DNA from: Macrostomum lignano
Lineage: Eukaryota
Direction of reading: 5' to 3'
Assembly (NCBI GenBank): GCA_002269645.1
Contig: NIVC01001446.1
Coordinates: 1 to 64,000 of the forward strand
DNA: 64,000 nucleotides
Shown here piece by piece: positions 46,421-62,693 of this stretch. The notes under the pieces were generated by a model, which was not told where the DNA came from, did no database searches, and saw only the letters and a list, made by a program, of their open reading frames with translations. How positions within the stretch are numbered: position 1 is the first letter of the stretch; every line of letters starts with the position of its first letter. Made by a program: the position numbers and the translations under genes.

Positions 46421-49400
46421 GATGTTACGTTAATGTAATATGATTTATCATAGATTTTTCAAAGTTGCGTCGCCCGTCGCGACCGCGGCAAAAAGGGAAG
46501 CAATGCTGCTGTTGCTGCGGCGGCGGCGGCGGCGGCGGCGGGGCACGGACTCTACTACTGCTCTTTCCAACATGCAAATGCACGGTAATTTTAAATAGGC
46601 CTGCGATGATTGGAAGGGGATGTCAAGATAACAAAGCCACCGGAAAGTAATTTGGAATCTTTATGATCCAGATGGATTTTTGACAGCATTGTTGTGCGAT
46701 AGAACGATAACTTTTCACTGAGTAATCCTGCAAAACAAAAGCTAAAAAATGTTTTGAATGTAACAAACTAATTTAAACTCCCCTGAATGACTGGCGTTAT
46801 ATTATAATTTTCGACCAAGTCCGCCGTCCGCTTTTCGAAGTCGTTAAAATTAGAGAATCTGAATATATATATATATAATTAAATCAAAGATGCATTTTTA
46901 ATGCATAGTGTAGAAGGTTGTAAAAATATCATAGCACTATTTATATTTAGTACAAAATAGATGCTTATCAATTAGACCCAATCAGACATTGAAATACATA
47001 TTGCTCAGTCAGCCAAATCTGACAGTCTTAAGCTGTCGAATATAATAAGCTATCGTCCCTTTTAGTAGAAGTAAACCAGATCTTGCCATTCTGTTTGCTT
47101 GTCTCTATTGAAATGATTCTGTTTTTTGCGAGGGCATTGCACATATTTTTCAGGCAGTGCAGAACATTAGGCCTAATGATGACAAATATGGGCTTTTGTC
47201 ATAACTCATAAGATGGTTTAGAAATAGTGCTGTAAAAATTAGGTTGGGTTTACCTAAGCAAATCAAAGGTTGCAAGGCTTTGATTAAATAAACATTGAAT
47301 TTTTTAGGATGTTTGAATTCTCAAAACAATATAATTTCTAGTTTAAAATTTATTTTTTAATCTGTTTATTTTATTTACTACTCGTTAAAGCATTATATAT
47401 CATTAAAATACTTGGCTTACTAGTTTATTAAAGGCCCATAATGTTTGTGTCATCTCTTGCTTATAATTATTAGGCCTGGGCCTACTATGATTGATGATAC
47501 AAATTCTAGCTTTTTAGGGGCCTTAGTGCAAAGGCATTTGCCTATTAGGCTAAGGCCTAGAATCAAAGCTGACTCCATAGTTTGGATGGTGACATGACAT
47601 ATATACTAGGATTTCTGGCATAACTATGGCTTTGTTCATTATATTATTTCTTGTTTCAAATTTGTTCCAGCGCACGAAAAAAATGGCTGGATGACTACTG
47701 GCTCCTATGATAATTATTCTACGCGTCTATAAACCACTGGCTCTATTTTGGGGACCCCCAGGACCCAACGGTTTATACGAACACTATTGAGGGAATGTGG
47801 ACACATTGCAAGGCAAAGTTTCGTAACATGTATAGGACAAGTGATAGTCTATTCGAAACTTATCTACAGGAATTTCTGTGATACCGTCTATATACTGGGT
47901 TATTCCATGATAGGGTCATCAAAGGTATAGAAATATTTTTAAAAATTATTTGCAAATGTGAATATTTCATTTTGCATATAATTATGTATAGTTTCATTTT
48001 TATGTAGTTTCATACACATTTATCTACCTCTAGGTATATATATTTTGTTTTGATCATAGTACCCTTGCAAGATTTTAAATGTCCCGCGGGACATTATAAA
48101 AAGTTTAATCTAGTTTTCAATAAGAAAAAAAGTGAATAAACATAATGCATCAAGTGCATAAATAATAAAAATCTTTCTTTCTTATATCTAAAGACTGAAA
48201 TTATAAAGTTTTATGATCTAATATAGTTCTATCTATCAAAATTTTTTATTTTAAAAAGTTTGATTTCCCTTTTTAAGTGTTAAAAATGACCATCATTTTT
48301 TTACAAAAAGTTGTTGTACTAATTTTCAAGAGGTTTATAAGTTGATATTTTTTGCTAAAATATTTTCTGAGCCTATATTTAAGTTTATAGTCATTTTTGT
48401 TAGTTTATGATAAGTGTAACATGTTAAAAAAACCCTGCAAAGTTACCTAACGACCATCATTTTCTGGTATTCTGAAATCTGTTGATCTTCATAAAACCTG
48501 AATTACTATCATTTATTCCTAAATTTTATACAAAAAACTGAATTTACTGATATTCTAAAATCATGTCTTTTTTTTAAATGTGAATTACTTATTCAATTTC
48601 TCTTTCAAAGTTTTTACAGTTTTGATTGTAAAGAAAAATATAGTGGAATTCAAGTCTTTTATTAAAAATGTATACTGTCAATTACTTGTTTGATACCTTA
48701 AAATCATTTTCAACCTGCACTATTAAAAAGGTTGTTCCAATTACTAACCATGCACCTAGAACTCTCCACTTTAGTTTGCAATGCACCTTAACACATGCCC
48801 CAATCTTCAGCATAAGTAGTCTAACTAGACTCAAGTTTTTACTATCCATTGGTGCTACTGCTTATTGCCTAACAAATAATCTGTATTTGCCTTTGGTTTT
48901 GTTAATTGTTATATTCTATTCTTTGAATTCTTGAATAGATTAGGACTGTCCATCTTTATGATCATATATTGAGTTGTGCAATCATGAAGTGATGTTTTTG
49001 TTGAAGGTGCATAAGTACGTTTGATCTGAAATATGAAACAGGTATAATAAATTTTATGGTTAGACAAGCAAGTTATAGTTTTTATATGAACAACTATGGA
49101 TTATAAACAATCTTTTAACCAAGATTGTATCTAAAAATAGAGAATCCTAATACACTTTTTAAAACTGAAGGTCGTTTTTTTGAAACAAATGACCATCAGT
49201 CAACGACCGTCATTTAAGAAAAAATGTGTAACACAGTTAAGTTATCTACTAAAATGTAATAATTGTTTGTAACCATTCATCTAGCTATTGTTTACTTCAA
49301 TTAATGATCAATTGAGACAAAAACTTGCTTGATTCGCAGGAATCTTAAACTTGAGTTATAAAGTTGGATACATAAACTTTCACCAAAAACGACCGTCATC

Positions 49401-50052
49401 AAAAGTTTCTCTCTGCTAAATCAACACAGTAAGACAAATGACTTTAAAATGTATCTTATCTCAATCTAGAGGTCACGCCCATAAATATAGAACTCACAAA
49501 GTCTCAATTTAGTTTGTCTTTTGTATGATTACTGATTATTATTTGCTCCAACCCAACGACCATCATCTCGTGGAATTACCCATCTATAGAATGTGTTTGG
49601 CCACTTTCTCTACTGGGTGTCACATTATTATCCCCTCTAATTATCTTTCTTGTGACTTCAAACTCTAATTTGAACTTTTTTGGTAGTGGGTCATCTTTTC
49701 TGAACTTTTCCAAGTACGGTTTGTCGTAATCTCTAATAACTTGTTGCTTTTTAAATAAAATAATATAACAAATGAAACCATAGTTATGCCAGATTTCCTA
49801 GTATACAACAATGGGCCCTATTAGAATACAATTTTAGATCTTGCTAATGTGCAATATAGGTTATAAATATTATGCTTAGGTATAATAAATGATATTAAAT
49901 GTTATATATAACTTACTTATATAAAATATAACTAATTTTGCAATAGTATAGACTATGGCATAAGCCATAATATCTATGGCAGGCTGCCCTGATGGCCTTC
50001 AAAGCCGGACGATACGCTGGCGGCTCCCTGCTGCTCAGCGCGCTGACTGCCC

Positions 50053-50213
50053 TCAGTTACCCCAGCTAATGCTAGTACCCATTTTATAGCTGGGTGAACT
50101 GTAGAAGCAATGCAGAGTTGAGTGTCTTGCTCAAGGTCACATATTGTTCCAGTGAGATCAAGAATCGAACCACCAACCTTCAAGTCATGCTCTAACCACT
50201 AGGCTACAACCCC
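50053..50213 (-). mobile_element. tRNA-derived SINE (family 2), 5' part
   Basis: A box TAGCCTAGTGG and B box GGTTCGATTCT on the minus strand, then the family core. Confidence 0.8.
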
Positions 50214-50470
50214 TAGAAATGAAAACCTAATTTAGTTATATTGCATAGGCCTATTTAAGAGGTTGGTATAACTTTGCAGTAAATATGTGCACTTCTTGAG
50301 CCACAACCCTAAGTTCGATTCTAGACTTTGACAATGGCTAATAGCGTGTCTAGACTCTAAGTAATCCTAGGTTTAAAATGTTTGCATAAGGCCTATAGAT
50401 TCCATGAGAGGTTTTTGTATCTCTATTATACTGTTGCAAAACTAACTGATGCAATCATTTATGATCCATC

Positions 50471-50689
50471 ATGCCAACAATCAACCAAGTATTCCTTGCC
50501 AATGTTGTCGGCCTACCAGTTCTATATGCGTCCTATGCTATTGGATTTTATAAAAGTCCATCGCTGAGACGTAGAATCAAACGAACTAACGTGTCCCTGT
50601 ACAACAGTCACTACCAGTTTATGGACATTCTTGGAGTGTCGCTGGGCACCATGCAGAGACTGGTGGCTGAGGAGGAAGCTGCAGACTAG
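50471..50689 (+). CDS. Possible terminal coding exon of a membrane protein
   Basis: VFLANVVGLPVLYASYAIGF followed by basic RRRIKR; link to the 41706 gene or its partial duplicate is unproven. Confidence 0.3.
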   Translation: MPTINQVFLANVVGLPVLYASYAIGFYKSPSLRRRIKRTNVSLYNSHYQFMDILGVSLGTMQRLVAEEEAAD

Positions 50690-50769
50690 TATTTATGTTT
50701 ATTCTATTTAAGCGCCTAATTTCAATATATCCCCCAGAAGGTGAAATATTCCACTCTGCTTCCTTAGAC

Positions 50770-51500
50770 TGCTTGTTCCCTCAGAAGCCTGAAGAGGCCA
50801 CCTGTTCCCTCAGAAGCCTGAAGAGGACACCCTCACCCGGTTCCCTCAGAAGCCTGAAGAAACTACCGTTTATGCCCCTCAGAAGCCTGAAGAGGATACC
50901 TGTTCCCTCAGAAGCCTGAAGAGGACACCCTTACCGGTTCCCTCAGAAGCCTGAAGAGGATACCTGTTCCCTCAGAAGCCTGAAGAGGACACCCTTACCG
51001 GTTCCCTCAGAAGCCTGAAGAGGCCACCTCTTCCCTCAGAAGCCTGAAGAAACTACCGTTTATGCCCCTCAGAAGCCTGAAGAGGCTACCTGTTCCCTCA
51101 GAAGCCTGAAGAGGCCACCTGTTCCCTCAGAAGCCTGAAGAGGCCACCTGTTCCCTCAGAAGCCTGAAGAGGCCACCTGTTCCCTCAGAAGCCTGAAGAG
51201 GCCACCTGTTCCCTCAGAAGCCTGAAGAGGCCACCTCTTCCCTCAGAAGCCTGAAGAAACTACCGTTTATGCCCCTCAGAAGCCTGAAGAGGCTACCTGT
51301 TCCCTCAAAAGCCTGAAGAGGCCACCTGTTCCCTCAGAAGCCTGAAGAGGCCACCTGTTCCCTCAGAAGCCTGAAGAGGCCACCTGTTCCCTCAGAAGCC
51401 TGAAGAGGACACCCTTACCGGTTCCCTCAGAAGCCTGAAGAGGCCACCTCTTCCCTCAGAAGCCTGAAGAAACTACCGTTTATGCCCCTCAGAGGCCGGA
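50770..51500. repeat. 29-35-bp composite minisatellite (cctcagaagcctgaagagg + variable spacer) with higher-order structure
   Basis: Direct reading. Confidence 0.93.
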
Positions 51501-53580
51501 AGTTCCCCCAGAAGACTTCCTGATGCCCAAGCATTACTTGATATTGTATTGTGAATAGATTGCAGTTATTGTGACCGTGTACTCGCGTTGATATAAAATG
51601 CGCACTAACTTAATTTCTACGAAATGCTAGTGTTACACTGGATGGCGTCTCTTTTGTCCTTGTAAGCGCTTAAATTTTGTATTTTGTAGTTGAATAAATG
51701 ATTGTTATTTTTAATGTTATTAATTAATCATTAGAATGCTTTAGCTGGGTGAGACTACATCTGTGTGTATCATCTGTTTGTATGCAAAATAAAGTTTACA
51801 ACTGAATGAACTGAAATTCATGATGCATTTTTATTGAAAATTGCTTTTAAAATCGAAATAGTTTTCCAAGAAAATTAGAGAAATTCACTTTGAAAGCTTT
51901 TCGGCCTTATTGGTACTATGCTATACTTCATATTATTGGCTAGCATTGTTCAAAACGTCACTTAACACATTTAATGACCGGTAATTTGACGCTCTAAAAT
52001 TAACAGGAGGAGCAACACTACAATATCTAACAACAAAGTGAAGAATCAGAATTGTTCAAAACAATTGGCTAGTTTGTTTATTTTCAACTCAGCCTGTCAA
52101 TGTCAATCTCAGTAGAGGGCGCTCTCTTTCGGCAGATACCGCTGAATCAATCAGTGCATGATGCCAATGCCAACTGGAAGCGAGACTTACGGCTGCAGGG
52201 ATACAAAACTGAAGCTGTTGACAGATCCTAAGGAGATTTCAGGTGTAATAATGTACGTGCAACTATATGCATTTAGTGGTACTCGCAGACTAATGTAATT
52301 ATTATTCTAAAACCTGTGCACAGAGCCTAAAGCAATAGAAGCCAATTCCTCATTGTTTCCGATCGCAGCGCTGCCGTTTGCCAGACGGGAGTCAAATCAT
52401 TGTTCATTGGAACTCTCCCTCTATCTCAAACCCAGCTAAAATCAAAGGTTCGCTCGACCTTGCACAGATCAGAAGCCCCCCTATGCAAAAGACCTCATAA
52501 TCATCACTGTCAGGACACCATTAGATGCTTAGCATAATTGCGGTGGCAGAATTACATGATGTACTTTAAGCAGTCCATACCTTCAAAACTCCTTGGCCGT
52601 AGTTGGGATTAGAACAGACCTTGCCATAGTATCACAAACCAAGCTACTGCAGTTCTCCTTCTAGGGCCTGGGAGGGTGAGGTCTGATCCCCTTCTACCCT
52701 GGTATCAGTACCTCGGGCCATAGCTCTAACTGTAAGCTATCATTCCCCAGGTTACATCACAATCAAAGCACGTCTAATACACCAGTCCGTACATCACACT
52801 CCAATTCAGAACTCACTTGTCAGTTTCTTGTTAGCAAAAATACCTAGGCTCAGACGATGATGGAGCCAACGATCGGCGACCCAGGCAATTTAAGCAAAGG
52901 ACAAGCTTTTTCGAAAATCAAAAAGTGGGTCATCACTGATTCGTACTGTGTCATGATTTCCGCTCAATGAGAATCAACGCCAATTTCAACAAAGATATGT
53001 TGCATCTTAAAACATCACAAATCTTGGATTTCGCAATGTCTGTGCTGAAAAGTGAAAACGGGCACGTTTGCTGAATAACAAAAATGACCAATTTTATGGT
53101 CTCTGATAGCACCCTTCTTTTACGATATTTCTTATACGAGTGTTAGTTGTTTATCAAATGAGAGCAATTAATTACTATAGCAGTTAAACCATTTTTTATT
53201 TATTTTAGTCTATCAACAAATTAAATGCGCTCCCTCCACCAATTAAATGGCAGGCTTGTTAGCCTAAAATGGTTTTATTGCTTTACGCGCTCATAGCCGC
53301 TTTTCACAGGGTAATAAAACTTATTTTAACTTATTTAATTCCTAGAATTACTCCTAAAGGTGCATACATTTAGGAGTTAAATATAGCACACAGATTGGCA
53401 GACTCCTTAGCAAATCACCTTGACACCTTACACTCCTTAGAAGTCCTCACTCCTATCCCTGGAACAACTCCTAGCTCCTAACTCTTGATTCTTGAACTCT
53501 ATAGCACACAAAATCGATTTACTCTTTGCTAGGACCACTCCTGACTTCTAACTCCTTACTCCCTTGCTCTTAAATCGGGC

Positions 53581-53785
53581 CCCAGAGCAGGCACACAAGC
53601 GCGCGGATACGTACGCAGTCTTACGCACAGGCACACTCACACAGGAGTGTACAGTGGCCCTAACTTTATTTATCGCTAGGCCTGTACAATTTACTGTCTC
53701 ATGGGGGGGGGGTTGCCCGATCAAGGCGGTTAATTAATTGCACGAGCAGAGCCAAGCCGAGATTCCAATTTAGCCCAAACATTAC
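53581..53785 (-). mobile_element. SINE family 1, partial
   Basis: Matches 5545-5725. Confidence 0.75.
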
Positions 53786-54373
53786 ATTAGCAGACAGTGA
53801 AGGGCGGCGCCGGGCCCGAATCAGTATTCTAAAGGCATTTATTAGGGGGGTGATTGCAATTAGATAAGAGGAAGGGTGGACTCCGCGAGTACCGCGACTG
53901 AGGAGAGGCGAGAATGGAGAGCCAATCAGAAGGCAGCGAGGGAGAGAGAGATAATAATATCAAGATTGAACTAGACAGAGGGAAAGAAAACAGAGTAAAC
54001 AGAGACGAGTGAAAGTGAAATAAGCAATGACTTAAGGAAGTCGCGACAACCCCAAATTAATTTGACTGCACATGGAATCGAGGAGCCCTAGTGGTCACTA
54101 TAAGAGCGCCGCGCTAGACCCCCATCTTCATGGATAGTTTGCCTCCGTTGGCGGGGTTTGAGACTCGACCATAGACAAAGAAGGACAATCCGCGACACCA
54201 ACAGCTAAATTTGACCGCTAGAAAACACAATCTGGTCGTGCCACAGACAATTTAAAGCAGCTTATTGACTATCTTGGTAATTTGCGAATCGCGTCGATCG
54301 ATAACAAAAAACACCATTCCAAGCTTCTATTGAACTTCTAACGTTTAGCTTAGACTGAACGTATAACAGCAGA

Positions 54374-55954
54374 ATGAATTCTATCACTAAATCTGACAGC
54401 GAAAAATCAGTTGACAATGGCCTGGCCATCGAGTACCGGCAAAAGCAATTCTGCGACACTTTGGTGCAGAAATTTCTACAACTTTCCGAGGAGAGAAATC
54501 CCAATAGTAGGCGAGGCGGTGGCCGTGGCGTCGGAAGCGGCCTCCGCGAGGCTACAAATATTGTTGAGCGATGGATCCTTAGCTTGCAGCAAGCTGATGC
54601 GGTTAGCGACGGAGGATGCAGCACCAAGATGGATAAGCAGCTGCCGCTGTTCCCAATTGGCATGCGGTCGGATGATCAGAAGGTGAAGCTGCGACATTAC
54701 CTCGTATTTTAGTTGGATGTCTGATTGCCTGGCACACTCTCAGATCCTCCGGCTGATTTATTCAGGCCTCAATAATCATACCGTATATCAACATTTCATG
54801 CGTATGACGTGACTCATACTATATTTCTGATTTTATATTGGCCTTACCTGCTTTCTGTACACCTGTGATAAGCAACTGGCATGTTGATGTTGTCTTTGTA
54901 CGTCTATGACTGAGTTGAAGACCAAATTTTCTCCTTTTTCGTCAGACAAAGCTGCTGGCTTCCGACGCCTACGATAAAGGATTTTGTCGACTGCGTCGCT
55001 CGGCCACCAATTTGGCCATCGGCATGCTGGCCGAGGTCGAACGTTTCCGTCGGAGCTGCCACGACTCGGAAAAGTTCCTCGAACAGCCGGCTATCGAGCT
55101 GCGCATGCTCGACGAGGATCGAGGCTGCATCCGGGTTGGCCATGAGTTTCAATCGTCCGCTTCCCGACGCCTGCCTTACCTGGCTCAGCGGTTCGGCCTG
55201 GCCGCCACGGCCCGCATGCTGCTGCGCTACGAGTCTCTTGGCAGCGGAAGCTATCAGTGGGGCGACCCACTCAGCGTGCACCGGGTCTACTACCGCGACT
55301 TCGGCGCCCGCTATGAAGGCTTCTCGTCGCCATTGAATTCTCGATTCCTTGGACTGGACGAGGCCGGATTCTGTTCGCTGTTCCCCGACACAGACTCTGT
55401 GTTTGGCAGTTTAGGAAACTTTTTCAACATTGATCTGACCAGGTGAATTTCAAGGATTTAGTGAGGAGTTGAAAGGGTGACAGTACAGTCTGGAGTAGGG
55501 GGCTGCAGATAATCTAAATCTAGTCTGAGGATCTGGGAGGATCCGGTGCCATTTCAATATGCAACTGCTGAACGTCTCCAGGCACACGGGAGGCTGGTCC
55601 GTAAACCCACCATTTATCGAGAGCGTCCTCGAGGAGGCAGCTCGTCGAGTCACTGACTGCCTGGACCGCGGGACCCCCAGCTGGTTCTTCATGAACTTTC
55701 CCGATTGGCGCGACTCGCCCGGCTGGTCGATGCTAGACTCGTCGCCGCACAAACTAGCCCGATTCGACTTTTCGCCCGGTGAGTTTCTCATCCAGGATGC
55801 CTATGGTAGGGCATCCCGGCCCAAGATGAAGCTCAGCATCTTTGCTTTGGGTCGTTTGCCTCATGGCTCGCCACCGATTAAACGACTTCGGGACGCTGTG
55901 TTCAAAGCGCGCCCTGTTGACCTAGCTGAGGAGTGGACTGCCGCCACGTTCTGA
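54374..55954 (+). CDS. PCIF1/CAPAM-like cap-adjacent adenosine N6-methyltransferase; join(54374..54682, 54946..55442, 55582..55954), about 392 aa
   Basis: LLRY; EGFSSPLN; FCSLFPDTDSVFGSLGNFF; catalytic NPPF; FFMNFPDWR, all matching the PCIF1 catalytic domain; introns keep frame; no WW domain seen. Confidence 0.8.
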
Positions 55955-57818
55955 TTGAGACTTACGAGTAATACTAGCTTCAAGTAGATACTAGCTCGTA
56001 TGACTAGCAAATTTAGTCTTATCTTTGTTACATTGATATCTGTTGCTAGATTGACGGATAAATTTGTCAAAGTTTGCTGTTTGCATGAACAGAAGCATGT
56101 ATACGTACATGTACTGTTGGTTCAAATCATCTGCTGACTGCTGTTATTGTATTGAAATGATATGACACAAATATGTATTGTCTGCTCTACTTGAGAGTAA
56201 AAAAATCGAAATAAAATAAAATTGCAATAAAAACCTAAAGTGCTTAAAAAAATTAAATTGTCTTGAACATCTTCGAGCTAGCGAAAAGCTACAATATTTG
56301 CAAACTTGCTTTTTAGAAAAACTCTGATATCATCCTGAAAAAAAGTTTCAAAATATAAATGTTATTGATCACGAGCCTCTTTGCAAATTAAAATTGCATG
56401 ATGATGAAAGGCTGGTGATTTTAAGTTAAACAGCTCTCAATAATCAATCCTACTCTGCACCAATATGCGCCTTCAAAGGAATTTAAGCCTGGGACATTTG
56501 CCGAAATGCGAAAGTTTGCATGGCGCAGCAAAGTAAAACAAAATCAGTCAGTTTTTTAAATAAATAAATAGTTTCTTATGCTTTAACGACTGTTTTGCAT
56601 CAGAAATTTATTAACTCCGATTTAGTATGTTTAAAAGAATCTGCTACAAGAGATTATTTAATTTCGTTTTTTGCAACGATTCAAGATGAACGATTTAATA
56701 TAATATTTAGGTAACAAATTGAGGTTAAAAAACAAATAAGATGACATTAAGTTCTTTTTAAAAATAGAGGAAACTTATGTAAAATTAATTGAATTTTTTT
56801 ATTATCAATTTGTGCTTAAAGGCTATACACATTTTCTGGCAATGACATAAGCACTGCTTCTGTTTTACATGGGAATTAGGAATAGAATCTCAATTCAATA
56901 TGGGCGCATGCTGCACATAGTCATAGCATAGGCTATAGTCAGCTACTAAAGGCTTATCCTTAACCTCAAGCGCATTTTTCAGCTGCGACATCTAGTACAA
57001 TTACAATAGCCTAGACCTATGCTATTATCCTAGGTTTGGCTGCTTTGGCAGTAGGTATTTTCTCAAAGTTAAGTCAATTTTCCAGTACAGTAGGAGAGCA
57101 TAGTTAGTGGCACATGGTATGTTACTAAGTAAGATGCAAAGTGCCTACTCTCCCTAAAAATCTAGTTTTATCTTGTTTTGTTATAAAGAAAATTGGGCCT
57201 AGTTGTATTACTATTTCTTAAGTTTATTATTTTAAAGTGGTGCCCTTCAAAAAAGCCTAGTTTCTCATTATAGGCAGCAGGCCCTTGGCCCTAGTGACCT
57301 AGTTCTATGTTTATAGTCATAGAAATGCAAAAGTTTTATTAGGTCTACTAAAATTGTTTTGACCTTATGCTTATTATAGTTAAGTATTATAATTTTTAAT
57401 TTTCCTATGTTAAGCTTAATTTTAAAATTATTTAATAATATATAATAGCTACCTGATTATTAGAAATTGTTATGATAAAAATGATAATATATTGATAGAA
57501 AAATGTAGTAATACTATTAAAAATATAATTAAAAACAAATAATAATATAAATTTTATTGACTTGAAATTTCTGTAAATAAGTATTTCTTTTAAAATTTAA
57601 ATAAGGTTGGCATAAAAAATAATAACTATTTATAATTATCTCAAATATATGAACAATACTCTTCAATATTTTTATTATAAATTTATTTAACTAGGTCAAG
57701 AATTATAGTCTCATAGTTGGTGTCACCTAGAGAATTAGTTAATATCTCACAATCTTACCCAGAGAGTCAGTTGGTAATCTCATAGTCAAGCTCTATTTCT
57801 ATGACTTACAGCATCAAG

Positions 57819-59127
57819 ATGGCATCCAACAAGCAGCCAGAAGTGAAGCACATGGGCTATTGGTACTTTGGTGGAGTCGCCAGCGCCATGGCCGCAGCCT
57901 GCACCCATCCGTTAGACCTGCTGAAGGTGCATCTGCAGACGCAGCAGAAGGCAGACATTGGGCTGGTTCGCATGGGTGTCGTTGTGCTGAAGCGGGATGG
58001 CATTATGGGACTGTACAATGGCCTTTCTGCTTCCATCATGCGCCAGCTGACATACTCCATGACCCGATTTGCCATCTACGAGACCTACAAGAGCAGAAAA
58101 GGCCAGGCCAAGATGTCGTTCGCCGAGTCTGCCGGCGTCGCCCTAATTGGCGGCTTCGTTGGCGGCGTGGTTGGCAACCCGGCCGACATGGTGAACGTGC
58201 GCATGCAGAACGATGTCAAACTGCCGCTGGATCAGCGGAGGAATTATCGTCACGTGTTTGACGGGCTCTACCAGGTGGGCGGAGTCACCTGATATTGCCA
58301 ATTTTGCTTTTGTGCAATTGTTTATTTGCGTGCATGGGATTTAAAAGTGCATGTACTCTTGAGCAGGGCAGTACTACCATGTGTTATCGGGTCCCGTGAC
58401 CAATGCTATGATCTGTGGCAGCCCCACCTATGACCAGTCTATGAGCAGCGACAGCCCACCCTGAACAGTCTATGAGCAGCGACAGCCCCACCCTGAACAG
58501 TCTATGAGCAGCGACAGCCCACCCTGAACAGTCTATGAGCAGCGACAGCCCCACCCTGAACAGTCTATGAGCAGCGGCAGCCCCACCCCATGACCAGTCT
58601 ATGAGCAGCTGCAGCTCCACCCCATGACCATTCTGTGAGCATCGGCAGCCCCACCCTATGACCAGTCTATGAGCACCCCATGACCATTGCAGGTGTGCCG
58701 CAATGAGGGCGCCGTCAAAGTTATGAACGGAGTCTCAATGACGTCCACACGAGCCGCCCTGGTCACCTTCGGCCAGCTGGCCTTCTACGACCTATTCAAG
58801 GGCGCCCTGATGTCCACCGGCTTGTTCGGCGACGACCCGTTGACGCACTTCACTGCGAGCTTCGGGGCGGGCGGCACAGCCACCCTGGTCACGCAGCCGT
58901 TCGACGTGATGAAGACTCGCCTGATGAACGCCAAGCCGGGCGCCTACACGGGTCTCTCCGCCTGTGCCGCCGACATCTACGCCTCCGGTTTCCTGTTCTT
59001 CGGCTTCTTCAAAGGCATCGTGCCGGCGTTTGTGCGTCTGGCTCCGCACACGGTGCTCACCTTCGTGTTCCTGGAGCAGCTCAAGGCTAACTTTGGTTAC
59101 ACTGTCACGGTTGCCAAGGCCGCTTAG
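57819..59127 (+). CDS. SLC25A10: Mitochondrial dicarboxylate carrier; join(57819..58274, 58693..59127)
   Basis: WYFGGVASAMAAACTHPLDLLKVHLQTQQ; LRQLTYS-like segment; NPADMVNVRMQND; three Px(D/E)xx(K/R) signatures. Confidence 0.92.
58410..58690. repeat. About 40-bp minisatellite filling the SLC25A10 intron
   Basis: (cagtctatgagcagcgacagccccaccctgaa)-like units. Confidence 0.9.
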
Positions 59128-59329
59128 ACTGCGATAATTGAAGCTTAGCAGCAGGACTTCTCATCTGACTGATAATTATTGATTTGCGCGAATCGGTCCA
59201 CTATGAGCAAATTTTTGCACCCCCCCAGCGACATCGTCTCATTCTCTCTTGTTGATTGGATTTTGTTAATCTGCTTCAGTTTAGTAGCGGGGCATGTAAG
59301 ATGTAGAGCTGATTCAATTGAAGACGGGC

Positions 59330-59333
59330 AGGC

Positions 59334-59378
<45 letters not shown>

Positions 59379-59391
59379 CAGACAGACAGAC

Positions 59392-59426
<35 letters not shown>

Positions 59427-59451
59427 CAGACAGACAGACAGACAGACAGAC

Positions 59452-59518
<67 letters not shown>

Positions 59519-59545
59519 CAGACAGACAGACAGACACAGACAGGC

Positions 59546-59624
<79 letters not shown>

Positions 59625-59690
59625 CAGACAGACAGACAGACACTAAGACACTAAGACAGACAGACAGACAGACAGACACTAAGACAGGTA
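59330..59690 (+). repeat. (CAGA)n microsatellite
   Basis: Direct reading. Confidence 0.98.
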
Positions 59691-60794
59691 GACTTAGTTA
59701 GGCTCTCATTTCTTCGCTTACAACGATTTCAATTTGCTTTAGGTTTCCCTGAATGCCATTCGATTTTATTAAATTATGATTTAATCGCACTATCGTAGGC
59801 TCAGTCGATAGTGCGAGATGACAATGGCAAACAGAGCCTAAACTACTTTGAGTAGCATGTCTAGGATGAGCGTGAGTAGTATATGAATGCTTTTTAGATA
59901 ATTATTTGTGTGTTAATTTTAGAAATGTAGATTTGTAAACCGCATAGATTCGTAATTTCGTGTGCATTATGTAGCCGTTTTTTATGTTAAAATATTTGAC
60001 ACTCTGCTGTTGTCTTTCTCCTCTTGCCCTTCTCGTACAAGTTTTTTTCAATTCAATTCTTTCTCGGTAGTTTAAAATTCTAAATTGGAAAGTTATTATC
60101 AGTATGCCCTCAAAACTAAAGCAATTGAATCTGAAAGCTTATTAATGCACAATTAAACTTTCATAATTTCATTTTAGCTCTGTTTTATTCAATTTTATCA
60201 CCATAGGCCGGATAAAGAAGTGCATGCAGATTCGGTTTGCACTACTTGAATCTGTCTCATCAGTAGTATTTTAAAGACATTATTTGTTTAGAAGAGAATA
60301 GTAAAATCCGGCATTTTCATTTGTTGGCAATTGAAAACTGCGCTTAATCTATTATTAAACTTGGAATCTTCGGCTTTTGCGAATTCAAATCTAAGAGATG
60401 CCCTTCGTTATCGAGATTAAATAAAAGTTTGAGTAGCGGCCCATTGGTTTGCTAGATAGTCAATTTACCTGTTGTAATTGTTGCGATTAACTTTCTGTTT
60501 AGCTAGGCTGTATAAATGGTTTATTATAGTGCAAAGCGCTATAATAATTCCTGCTAGTTGAAGGTGTTGTATTCTGTATTAAAAATAATTCGGCCAAGCT
60601 ATATGGTTTACATAGCATAAACATTACTTATTATAATGTTGTTTAGAAGTAACCCGTTTGTCTATAATTAGGTTAGCCACATGCCTTGTATGCTAGTATC
60701 CTGAGAATCCTGCTTGATATCACAGTTAAATTGGCTGGTCTACTAATTGAATTACCTGATTTCAAACTTCGGTTACCAGATTTTGGAAAAAAAG

Positions 60795-62693
<1,899 letters not shown>

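Noticed and set aside
50770-51500. Hammerhead-containing satellite (CTGAAGA core) or PQKPEE repeat protein
   Set aside because: No properly placed stem II plus GAAA; most units are not multiples of three and give TGA stops
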